From: a virus
Lineage: Duplodnaviria > Caudoviricetes
DNA: 64,000 nucleotides
Strand: one strand, 5' to 3'
IMG/VR virus record: IMGVR_UViG_3300027759_000044
In this document: piece by piece, positions 20,063 to 28,642 of the stretch
How the letters are laid out: every line of letters begins with the position of its first letter
How positions within the stretch are numbered: position 1 is the stretch's first letter
Position numbers and translations under genes: made by a program
The notes under the pieces: model-generated
The model's input: the letters and a program-made list of their open reading frames with translations, nothing else
The model's database searches: none
Told to the model about the DNA's origin: nothing

Positions 20063-23000
20063 ATGCTTAGAGATGTATTTTATTACGGGAATAAACCCAA
20101 TGTTCACCCAAGAGAAAAACATGCAATTGATTTAGTTGATGCTAGACAACAAGCTACTACTGAACATTTTTGGATAATCAATGAATATTGCGATTATACC
20201 AATTTTGATTGGGATTGGGACTTTGATTTTTTACCTGATGAAGAAGTTTGGACAGGTGAACATAATAATGTATGGCCAAACAAACAAAATAAAGACAGTG
20301 GCACATGGCTATGTTCAACCCAATATAGCGACATTATTATATATCGGGCAGATGTTGAACCTGTTAATAGAAAAAATACAAAACATAATAATTGGGTAAT
20401 TTTAGATAAGATTGATGAAACCAAATTTGATTTTAGTTGGGAGCCCAATCCATATGATCCTCCTTATATATACAAATGGGGTTGTAAATTCTATCCCGCT
20501 GAAATTAAACATTATGTAGAGTATCATGTTGAGGGTGCTACTAATATAAAATATATGCCTGATGTAGTAGAATTATCTCCTGAATGGGATAAATGGAAAA
20601 TAAATTATTCTATTGACAAATCAAGTTTTGATTTTAGTTGGAGACCTGATCCTCGTGAACCAGCATTTATTTATATGTTTGGTAACACACAATATCTAGC
20701 TGAAACGATGCCAACAGTTGAATATCATGTATCGGGAGCAACAGAACAAAAATTTATTGATGACCTATCAATGAGAGCCAAAATATTACCCAATAGTACA
20801 CGATTTGAACATTTAGAAAATTGTGATGGAATAGATTATTCATGGGTACCTGATCCATGGAGTCCCCCGTATATCTATGCTTGGGGCAATCAATGGAATA
20901 AACCAGAAGATAAAATCTCTATTCAATATGTTGTTGAAGGTGCAACAGAATACAAATACATGGAAGACCGTGCTACACGTAAACCATGCATGGACAACTG
21001 GGAAATACCACCTTATGTTATAAAGAATAGTTTTGATTTTAGTTGGGAACCTAATCCACATGACCCACCTTACATATATCAATTTGGTACAGTACATCAA
21101 AAGACAGGCGGTCCTCGCTATACAGTGCCCGGTGCAACAGAATTAAAATATATTGATACTGTTAAAGCAGAAGTAGTAGCATGGAGATTTACAAATTGGT
21201 TGATTCCAAGAAATGTAGACCAGGCATCATTTGATTGGAGTTGGCATCCCGATGATACTGACCCGCCCTACATCTATCAATTTCCTAGTACATGGAGTAA
21301 AACAGGTGGACCTAAATTTACTGTAGAAGGTGCCACTGAAACAAAATATATAGATTCGTTAATAGCAAAAGTTAAACAAGATATGACACATTGGTCTATA
21401 CCTGAAGGATTAGATACTAGTGAGTTTGATTTTAGTTGGCATCCTGATGTTGAAGACAAACCCTATATATATCAATTTGGTACACAATGGCAAAAAACAA
21501 ATGGTCCTGTTTTTACTGCTCCATTATGCGATGAAACTACACCTATCAAGTATATAGATATTATCAAAGCAAAATATTTGCCTAATAAAACAAATTGGAT
21601 TATACCTGCAGGGTTTGATGAAACTAAATTTGATTTTAGTTGGCATCCTGATGCAACTAGCCCGGCATATATCTATCAGTTTGGCACACTATTAGATGAC
21701 GTTCATTTAGAAGACGGTCCTAAATATGTTACACCCGATAATGACGGGACCATTGTATTAATGGAAAACATATTGTTATCAGATACAGTAGTACAGTACC
21801 CTCAATATTATATTGAAACTACATTAGAAGCATTGATAGAACAACACATAGATGAAATCTTTTGGGCATTACGTAAGAACATTAACTATACTAAGTTTGA
21901 TTTTGCATGGCAACCAACTAAAGAACAAGCATTTAATATTAACACATTTGGTAGTCCTGACAGTGAGTTAACACAAACCTACTTAGTTAACGGTAAGATG
22001 TGGCAAAAAGGTTATAGAGATATTAGCTTTATTGAAAATACAAAACTAGATGAAGAATATCTATCTAAGTTATTCAAACAAGTTGACGCTTTCTTTGTGG
22101 ATAAAGGTAATAAAGAATCTGCTACTAGATTTGAACAACTAAAAATACACTTCCCTACACTACAAAAGACACGTTATCTAAACAGTTGGGTTGATACAAT
22201 CAATCGCTGTATCAACAAATCTACTACAGAACTATGCTGGATATTGAATAGTGAATTAGATTATACTAACTTTGATTTTAACTATTATCCTAACCCATGG
22301 CAAATGACAATGGTTCATGTATTTGGCACTCAATGGAGTCATTGGGGTAGTACGTTTATGGTCAATAAAGAAACCTTTGCGGAAGATACAAAGTATGTGA
22401 AAATTATTGAACACCTAACTAACTTAAACTTTGTAAAAACAAAACGTGCTATAGCTAGTAATTGCTTGTATGATGTTTACTTAATTGATTATGGTAATGA
22501 CGGAGTTAATGATATTGTTTCATTAATAGAAAGCAAGATTAAACGTGAAAACGTTTATACAATCAAGTATGAAACTGATTACTTAACTACATTGAAGAAT
22601 ATGCTATATGAGTTGGGTATAAAAAAGGATCACTACATTTGGGTATGCAGTTCAATATGTGATTACACTAACTTTGACTTTACTTATATATGTGATCCAT
22701 TCTCATTGGAGCAGTTACATGTATTCCCTAGTGATAAACAAAAGTTTGGAGATACATTCTTTATTAATGTAAACAAATTACGTATTCTTGTAGAAGATTT
22801 GGATAAGCTAGAAAATATAGAGAAGATTAACTTTAATCAGCATCAAAAAGTAAAACGTTTGCCTGCCCCTAGTTTTGTTACTGATGCTGATACACATTTG
22901 AATTTCAAAAAACATAGTTATAACTTCCCTTATGCTGTGTTTACTACAAGTGATAATTTAATCGCACCAGACATTAATGATGAACCAATCAGTATGTGGT

Positions 23001-23812
23001 CTATTGAATCTAAGAATATATTGATTACGAATATGGGAGGCACACGTATTGTTGTACCCAAAGAAGCTAATAATTATGTTGAAAAGGAGTTGTATGATTA
23101 TCCATACATTTCCAAAGCAACAAAGATAGGACAGTCAACGCCACTGGATATAGTCTTCCTAAGTAACGGTGAAACCGGAGCTGACGAGAACTACGAACAC
23201 TTACTGAACGTGACTAAAGGACTGAAAAATCGTGTTGTTAGAGTCGACGGGGTCAATGGTCGTGTTGCTGCCTATCATGCAGCCGCAATTGCTAGTCAAA
23301 CATCTTGGATGTTTACGGTGTTTGCTAAATTAAAAGTTAATAGCAAGTTTGACTGGACATGGCAACCTGATAGATTACAAGTACCTAAACATTATATCTT
23401 CTATGCAAGTAACCCTGTTAATGGATTAGTATATGGTCACCAAGCTATGATTGCGTACAACAAACAGATTACATTAAGTAATATGGGCAAAGGATTAGAC
23501 TTTACATTAGATAGTGAGCATGAAGTTGTTGAGATTAATTCGGGTGTAGCACGTTACAATACAGATGAGTTTAGTACATGGCGCACTAGTTTCCGTGAAG
23601 CTATTAAGTTACGATTAGATGATAGTGCTATTAGTAGACACAGATTGAAAGTATGGACAACCGTTGGTGAAGGAGACTATGCCCAATATAGTACACAAGG
23701 TGCTCAACATGCTGTAGAATACTTTGAACAAGTCAATGGGGATTTAGACAAATTACGACTAAGTTATGATTGGCCTTGGTTGCAAGAGTATTTTAATACT
23801 AAATACAATTGA
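20063..23812 (+). CDS. 1249-aa protein of tandem FDFSWxPD...YIYQFG repeats with a C-terminal degenerate GT-A-like domain
   Basis: Seven well-conserved repeats plus about five diverged ones; C-terminal DIVFLSNGE...VDGVNG...NPVNGLVYG resembles 2749..3702. Confidence 0.7.
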   Translation: MLRDVFYYGNKPNVHPREKHAIDLVDARQQATTEHFWIINEYCDYTNFDWDWDFDFLPDEEVWTGEHNNVWPNKQNKDSGTWLCSTQYSDIIIYRADVEPVNRKNTKHNNWVILDKIDETKFDFSWEPNPYDPPYIYKWGCKFYPAEIKHYVEYHVEGATNIKYMPDVVELSPEWDKWKINYSIDKSSFDFSWRPDPREPAFIYMFGNTQYLAETMPTVEYHVSGATEQKFIDDLSMRAKILPNSTRFEHLENCDGIDYSWVPDPWSPPYIYAWGNQWNKPEDKISIQYVVEGATEYKYMEDRATRKPCMDNWEIPPYVIKNSFDFSWEPNPHDPPYIYQFGTVHQKTGGPRYTVPGATELKYIDTVKAEVVAWRFTNWLIPRNVDQASFDWSWHPDDTDPPYIYQFPSTWSKTGGPKFTVEGATETKYIDSLIAKVKQDMTHWSIPEGLDTSEFDFSWHPDVEDKPYIYQFGTQWQKTNGPVFTAPLCDETTPIKYIDIIKAKYLPNKTNWIIPAGFDETKFDFSWHPDATSPAYIYQFGTLLDDVHLEDGPKYVTPDNDGTIVLMENILLSDTVVQYPQYYIETTLEALIEQHIDEIFWALRKNINYTKFDFAWQPTKEQAFNINTFGSPDSELTQTYLVNGKMWQKGYRDISFIENTKLDEEYLSKLFKQVDAFFVDKGNKESATRFEQLKIHFPTLQKTRYLNSWVDTINRCINKSTTELCWILNSELDYTNFDFNYYPNPWQMTMVHVFGTQWSHWGSTFMVNKETFAEDTKYVKIIEHLTNLNFVKTKRAIASNCLYDVYLIDYGNDGVNDIVSLIESKIKRENVYTIKYETDYLTTLKNMLYELGIKKDHYIWVCSSICDYTNFDFTYICDPFSLEQLHVFPSDKQKFGDTFFINVNKLRILVEDLDKLENIEKINFNQHQKVKRLPAPSFVTDADTHLNFKKHSYNFPYAVFTTSDNLIAPDINDEPISMWSIESKNILITNMGGTRIVVPKEANNYVEKELYDYPYISKATKIGQSTPLDIVFLSNGETGADENYEHLLNVTKGLKNRVVRVDGVNGRVAAYHAAAIASQTSWMFTVFAKLKVNSKFDWTWQPDRLQVPKHYIFYASNPVNGLVYGHQAMIAYNKQITLSNMGKGLDFTLDSEHEVVEINSGVARYNTDEFSTWRTSFREAIKLRLDDSAISRHRLKVWTTVGEGDYAQYSTQGAQHAVEYFEQVNGDLDKLRLSYDWPWLQEYFNTKYN

Positions 23813-24087
23813 AGTTATTGCTGTATGAAGCGATGTAAAATAAGTTCAAGACGCCGGGGCAGTGCCGGCCATCTCCACCTAAGTGTATGAGGTATATTTA
23901 GGTGGGGATGACACAGGATCGATTGGGCAAAGAGTAACAAAGTGGACAGCTCGGCAAAGCAGAAGCCGTTAGGGTTGGGGGAACTCGGCCGTAGAAGCAA
24001 AAAAAGTAACCGCAAACGACTCACAGTTCGCATTGGCAGCTTGATAAAGGCTACCTAGGGTAAGACATACCTCGTAACAGAAACTCA
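23811..24087 (+). ncRNA. ssrA: circularly permuted (two-piece) tmRNA
   Basis: T-arm GCCGG-GGCAGTG-CCGGC (23853-23869) and acceptor 3' strand CATCTCC-A (23870-23877) lie upstream of the 5' strand GGGGATG (23904-23910); G3:U70 pair; tag ORF ANDSQFALAA then TGA TAA at 24012-24047. Outer ends are approximate. Confidence 0.9.
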
Positions 24088-24110
24088 GAAAAGGCTCTTC
24101 GGAGCCTTTC
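24088..24110 (+). terminator. intrinsic terminator after tmRNA
   Basis: AAAGGCTC-TTCG-GAGCCTTT hairpin. Confidence 0.75.
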
Positions 24111-24171
24111 CTATTTAATAAATATCATGATATTTCTCAACTAAAAAGCAAATAAATACTATCTCTAGAGG

Positions 24172-25317
24172 ATGATAATAAAAATGAAAAGAATTCTCGC
24201 TATAGTTGCCATGCTGGGTATGGCATTCACTACGCAAGCACAAACTACTACTACATCAGGAACAACCGGCGGTACAACCACTGGCACAAGTACACTGATT
24301 AATCAAAACTCAGCAATATCAGGTGGATACTCTTCTACCAGTTTAGTAGATACTAATAGTACAAGTAACAGTACCAGTACGGTTACTTCTAATAGTAATA
24401 CTACTAGTAATAGCAACAGCACCAGTACCGCTGCCGTTAATAGTACTAGTGCAAATACTAACAATAATACTAGTACTAGCGTAAACACTAACAATAACAT
24501 CAATAGTGGTACAAGTACTGTTAACAATAACAATGTTAGCTCCGGAACAATGACATACAATAACAATAACGTTAATACCGGAACAATGACTTATAACAAT
24601 AACAATGTTAGTACAAGCACAAGTAATAACACAAACATTAACAAAAATGAAAATACTGGTACAATGACATACAATAATAACAATGTCAGTACAGCCACTA
24701 ATAACAATAACAATGTTAGTACAAGCACAAGTAATAACAATAACGTTAATACTGGTGATATGACTAATAGGAATATCAATACTTCAACAAGTGCTAGTAC
24801 TTCAGTTAACAACAATGTTAATCAAAATAATTCAGTTAATACAAATATTCAACAAGGTGAGTTAACCAACAAGAATATTAATCAAACTGAGATTACACAA
24901 CGTGTTATTCAGCCGCCACCAACTGCTGTAGCTCCTGCTATGTTGTCAGGTGGTAATGCTGACCTATGTTCTACTGGTAGTAGTGGTAGTGTACAGACGC
25001 AAGTATTTGGTGTAAGTTCAGGTGGAACTATACGTGACATGAATTGTGAACGATTAAAATTATCTAAAACTCTATACGATATGGGTATGAAAGTGGCCGC
25101 AGTGGCTACTATGTGTCAAGACCGTCGTGTGTTTGATGCTATGTTAGCCGCAGGAACACCTTGCCCATACGAAGGCAAGATAGGTGAACAAGCTAAAGCA
25201 CAATGGGAAGCTAATCCAGATAAGATACCTAAAGTAGATGAGGAAAAACTAGATGACACTTATAAGAAAGTTGGCATTGGGGCTGTTCTTGGTCTTATTG
25301 TCAACAAAATATTCTAA
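24172..25317 (+). CDS. secreted/membrane protein with Asn/Thr/Ser-rich repeats and a Cys-containing C-terminal domain
   Basis: Signal peptide MKRILAIVAMLGMAFTTQA (start may be 24184); NNNNV(S/N)T repeats; C-terminal PPPTAVAP...CERLKL...MCQD...GTPCP and a hydrophobic tail. Confidence 0.7.
   Translation: MIIKMKRILAIVAMLGMAFTTQAQTTTTSGTTGGTTTGTSTLINQNSAISGGYSSTSLVDTNSTSNSTSTVTSNSNTTSNSNSTSTAAVNSTSANTNNNTSTSVNTNNNINSGTSTVNNNNVSSGTMTYNNNNVNTGTMTYNNNNVSTSTSNNTNINKNENTGTMTYNNNNVSTATNNNNNVSTSTSNNNNVNTGDMTNRNINTSTSASTSVNNNVNQNNSVNTNIQQGELTNKNINQTEITQRVIQPPPTAVAPAMLSGGNADLCSTGSSGSVQTQVFGVSSGGTIRDMNCERLKLSKTLYDMGMKVAAVATMCQDRRVFDAMLAAGTPCPYEGKIGEQAKAQWEANPDKIPKVDEEKLDDTYKKVGIGAVLGLIVNKIF
24593..24739 (+). 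repeat. 39-bp identical direct repeat inside the Asn-rich coding repeat
   Basis: ATAACAATAACAATGTTAGTACAAGCACAAGTAATAACA at 24593-24631 and 24701-24739. Confidence 0.8.
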
Positions 25318-26956
25318 TAGTCAACAAGTTGATACAACAGGTAACCTGACTAACTTTACTAATCAGGCTACTGGTACTACCTCTACTTGGCAAAATGCTG
25401 GTACGATCGGTCAACAGTTAACTTGCTGGGAAGCCGGAGGTCCTGGCTATTGTGGTCCACTACCTAGAGTTGCAGCCTGGGGTTCAGGTAGTAATGTCAT
25501 CAACTTCTCTTATGGATTAACAGACTTAAATCAAGTAGTCAATATTAAAAACGCATTGCCTAATTCAGGAACAGGATTACAAGTTAACGGATTTAACTTT
25601 AGTTTCCAAGCTAAAAACGGTAACGGTTGGGATAATGGTATGCAAGATTATCTAACAGCGTATGTCAACATCTACAATAACACAAACTCAAAAGTAGTAG
25701 AGGCATACAACTATGACCTCAATCGTAAATACAACTGGACACAGTTTAGCTATTCAGAAACATTTAAGTCAGCATATGGTGCTCCTGATTTAGGCAATGC
25801 TCAGTACGGGTTCATTGGTAAAGATAATAACTTTTGGGTAGGGCCATATGGTCCAGAAATAACTGCGGTAAGTTTTAGTTTAAAATATAGTGTTGATCCT
25901 TGTGCTACCAACCCATTATATTCACCTAGTTGCAGAGGTTACAATGATGCTATGGCTAAACTAAATCCAATAGTAGTTGCGCCTGAAGATACTCCTCCAC
26001 CGCCATCACCGGATGGTATGCCTCCACCGCCACCGGGTTCAGAACCACCATCGGGAAGTCCACCTCCTCCAGGACAAGGCCCTGGCCCAAACAATAACCC
26101 CAACGGTCCTCCGCCAAACAATCAACCTCCTCCTCAAGGTGGTGGTCAACCACCTAAGCCAGGTGAAACAAAAACTGCAAGTGATAACAAAGCTGGTCCT
26201 AGTCTAGGATCAGTATTGAGTATGATTAATACTAATCAAGCTAGAATAGGTAATGAAACAAAAGCAGTTGTTCAAGCGGCAGAAAGTGCGGCAGCAAAAG
26301 ATGCACAGCAAGCACAACAGCAAGCTGAAACAGTGGCAGGAACATTAACTACTCAAAGTATTACTGGCAGTCTAACAACTACAGGTACAACGGCAACAAA
26401 AACAACCAGCTCATCACAAATGTCAGTTGTTTCTATTTTAAACACAGCACAGGATAGTATCATTAATATTGGAGGTCTACGTGCGCCAACTCAGAGTATA
26501 TTTGTTGAACCTAATACTACAATGAATAACAATACGTCATTTGGATCAACAGAAATGTATAGTTTACAATCACCTCAAGGACGTAATGCTACTACTATTG
26601 AAGTAGAAGTACCACAGAATGAGGGTATTAAAATGGGTTCACGCTCAGTGTTAAATGATGCAATAGAAGAACGTCCAGTTGCACAGAATACAAATACGCA
26701 AGAACAAAAGACAGAATTAGTGAATAGAAATGTTCAACCAAATGAATTAGCTGGGGGTGTCGATATAGCTAGAATGGCAATTCAACCTGCCGGTTATCAA
26801 GCATATTCATTTGCGTTAGCAGATGCACCGTTCTATTCACCAAAAGAGATTTATAAAAATCAAGTAAATGTAGACAACGCAAGAGTATTGCGTCAATTGT
26901 CTAGTGATAGATTACACCAAGACTTGGTAAACTTACAATATAAATTAGGACAATGA
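25253..26956 (+). CDS. secreted protein with beta-rich N-domain, Pro-rich linker and low-complexity C-terminus
   Basis: Signal-peptide-like N-terminus; DPCATNPLYSPSC motif followed by a poly-Pro tract. Confidence 0.7.
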   Translation: MTLIRKLALGLFLVLLSTKYSNSQQVDTTGNLTNFTNQATGTTSTWQNAGTIGQQLTCWEAGGPGYCGPLPRVAAWGSGSNVINFSYGLTDLNQVVNIKNALPNSGTGLQVNGFNFSFQAKNGNGWDNGMQDYLTAYVNIYNNTNSKVVEAYNYDLNRKYNWTQFSYSETFKSAYGAPDLGNAQYGFIGKDNNFWVGPYGPEITAVSFSLKYSVDPCATNPLYSPSCRGYNDAMAKLNPIVVAPEDTPPPPSPDGMPPPPPGSEPPSGSPPPPGQGPGPNNNPNGPPPNNQPPPQGGGQPPKPGETKTASDNKAGPSLGSVLSMINTNQARIGNETKAVVQAAESAAAKDAQQAQQQAETVAGTLTTQSITGSLTTTGTTATKTTSSSQMSVVSILNTAQDSIINIGGLRAPTQSIFVEPNTTMNNNTSFGSTEMYSLQSPQGRNATTIEVEVPQNEGIKMGSRSVLNDAIEERPVAQNTNTQEQKTELVNRNVQPNELAGGVDIARMAIQPAGYQAYSFALADAPFYSPKEIYKNQVNVDNARVLRQLSSDRLHQDLVNLQYKLGQ

Positions 26957-26957
26957 T

Positions 26958-27047
26958 ATGAACGGTGAACTAATTTATGATATAGTATGTGGAATTGTAG
27001 TAGTTACTGCAATCATTGTTGTAGTGTGTTATCTAATTTTAAAATAA
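26958..27047 (+). CDS. small single-TM peptide (29 aa) missing from the ORF track
   Basis: MNGELIYDIVCGIVVVTAIIVVVCYLILK; fills the intergenic gap. Confidence 0.45.
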   Translation: MNGELIYDIVCGIVVVTAIIVVVCYLILK

Positions 27048-27061
27048 ACTAGGAGAAAAAA

Positions 27062-27682
27062 ATGAGTGAAGAAATAAAAGACGTAAATGCAAAGGTTGAT
27101 GAACTAGAAGCAGCCGCAAAAAAATACGCAAGCAAGGATACGGTAATCAGTATTGGTGGATATGAGTTTACACCCGCCAAACTAATGGTAGCATTTACTA
27201 TCGTATCATCTATACTGGGTGGACTTTATGGTTCATTTGAAGTGTACAAAGACTATGTGGGTATGAAGAAAAAGATAGCTGAATACTCTGCACCAGACTT
27301 ATCTGGATTTGATAAGCGTTTAGCAGTTATTGAAGAAAATAGTCAAAAGGGTGCTGATTACACACGTGATATCAAAACCGATTTAAAGAACGATATTCGC
27401 CGTAACGAAACTGTAACTGAACAAGTAGAACGTAGTGTTAAGAATGCCCAACGTGAAACTGAGTCAGAAATGCGTGATATGCGTAAAGCTGTGCGTGAAG
27501 ACTTGGAAAGAGCTAGAAACGAAGCTAACGCAATTCGCAAGGATATGGAATCAACCCGTAAAGAAATTAACAGTGAATTTACTGCGGCACGTAGAGAAAT
27601 CAACCGTGAAGTAGAGACACTAAAGAGAGAAGTTGATAGCAAAATACAAAAAGCTATGGACAATCCTTTAGCTAACAAATAA
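27062..27682 (+). CDS. single-TM coiled-coil protein
   Basis: GGAG SD; TM segment LMVAFTIVSSILGGLYGSF followed by a long charged heptad region. Confidence 0.7.
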   Translation: MSEEIKDVNAKVDELEAAAKKYASKDTVISIGGYEFTPAKLMVAFTIVSSILGGLYGSFEVYKDYVGMKKKIAEYSAPDLSGFDKRLAVIEENSQKGADYTRDIKTDLKNDIRRNETVTEQVERSVKNAQRETESEMRDMRKAVREDLERARNEANAIRKDMESTRKEINSEFTAARREINREVETLKREVDSKIQKAMDNPLANK

Positions 27683-27684
27683 GA

Positions 27685-27719
27685 TTGTCACTAATTTGTC
27701 ACATATCTCTCAATAAATA
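27685..27719 (+). promoter_or_regulatory. Pho-box-like direct repeat plus TAAATA late element
   Basis: TTGTCAC-TAAT-TTGTCAC (27685-27702), 11-nt gap, TAAATA (27714-27719). Confidence 0.75.
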
Positions 27720-27723
27720 CTAT

Positions 27724-28566
27724 ATGAAAACATATCGTTCTATTTTTGTGAGTGATGTACATTTAGGTACCAAAGATAGTCAGGCTGATAAGTTAAATAA
27801 CTTTTTAAAACACAATACATGTGATACACTTTATCTAGTAGGTGATATTATTGATGCATGGCGTATACAGCAAAACAAGTGGCGCTGGAAACAAAGCCAT
27901 ACCAATGTAGTACGTAGAGTGTTAGGCCATGCTAAACGTGGTACTAGAGTTGTTTATATCGCTGGCAATCACGATGAGTTTTTAAGACCTATGATTCCAT
28001 ATGATTTTAGTTTTGGTCTTATAGAAATTCATAATCAAATAGAACATATAGGTATAGATGGAAAGCATTATCTAGTCACACACGGTGATTTATTTGATGG
28101 AATTACACGGCTAGCACCTTGGCTAGCATTTTTAGGAGACAAAGCATATGATTTCATTTTATCGCTCAATAGTAAGTTCAATTGGATACGTCATCGTTTT
28201 GGTTTTGGGTACTTTAGTCTTAGCAAATACCTTAAACACAAAGTAAAAAAAGCCATAGATTTTATGTTTCAGTTTGAAAAGAATCTAGCTGGGTATTGTA
28301 AGAAGCGAGGATTTGATGGTGTAATATGTGGTCATATACACCATGCTGAAATAAAAACTATAGATGGTGTCATTTACATGAATGATGGTGACTGGGTTGA
28401 ATCTTGTACAGCACTAGTAGAACATCATGATGGACGTTGGGAAATAGTTACTTGGACTAGGGAGAAGGACAATGTGGGTATTAATAATTCTAGCAGTTCA
28501 CATGAACGACCCAAAGGACATACCGGGACGAGTGGAGTTGACATTTCAGGACAAACTCTCATGTGA
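27724..28566 (+). CDS. PlcP/LpxH2-type metallophosphoesterase (putative phospholipase C)
   Basis: SDVHLG, LVGDIID, GNHD, THGD, DGVICGHIH, NDGDWVESCTAL motifs; likely start is ATG 27724, not TTG 27685. Confidence 0.8.
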   Translation: MKTYRSIFVSDVHLGTKDSQADKLNNFLKHNTCDTLYLVGDIIDAWRIQQNKWRWKQSHTNVVRRVLGHAKRGTRVVYIAGNHDEFLRPMIPYDFSFGLIEIHNQIEHIGIDGKHYLVTHGDLFDGITRLAPWLAFLGDKAYDFILSLNSKFNWIRHRFGFGYFSLSKYLKHKVKKAIDFMFQFEKNLAGYCKKRGFDGVICGHIHHAEIKTIDGVIYMNDGDWVESCTALVEHHDGRWEIVTWTREKDNVGINNSSSSHERPKGHTGTSGVDISGQTLM

Positions 28567-28642
28567 ACAAAGTTTACAAAGTATGACATATTGGCTAAAG
28601 TTTAGTCAATTTAAAATTGAAGGAAAGTGTATAAAAAAATGA
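28472..28642 (+). CDS. overlapping 56-aa protein (hydrophobic N-terminus, two Cys) missing from the ORF track
   Basis: GGAG/AAGGA SD, MWVLIILAVHMNDPKDIPGRVELTFQDKLSCEQ...GKCIKK; its TGA overlaps the ATG of GT2. Confidence 0.55.
   Translation: MWVLIILAVHMNDPKDIPGRVELTFQDKLSCEQSLQSMTYWLKFSQFKIEGKCIKK

Noticed and set aside
23850-23880. tRNA gene suggested by T-arm and acceptor-like end
   Set aside because: No anticodon arm precedes it, and the 5' acceptor strand and tag ORF lie downstream; it is the acceptor piece of the permuted tmRNA
24122-24158. Possible fourth Pho box before ATAAATA at 24152
   Set aside because: Candidate half-sites (ATATCAT, TTTCTCA) match poorly and are not at the 11-nt offset
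24300-24900. AAC/AAT-rich repeats resembling a CRISPR array or DGR template
   Set aside because: They are in-frame Asn/Thr codons in a signal-peptide protein, with no constant repeat plus unique spacer pattern; no reverse transcriptase or adenine-mutated partner copy is in the window
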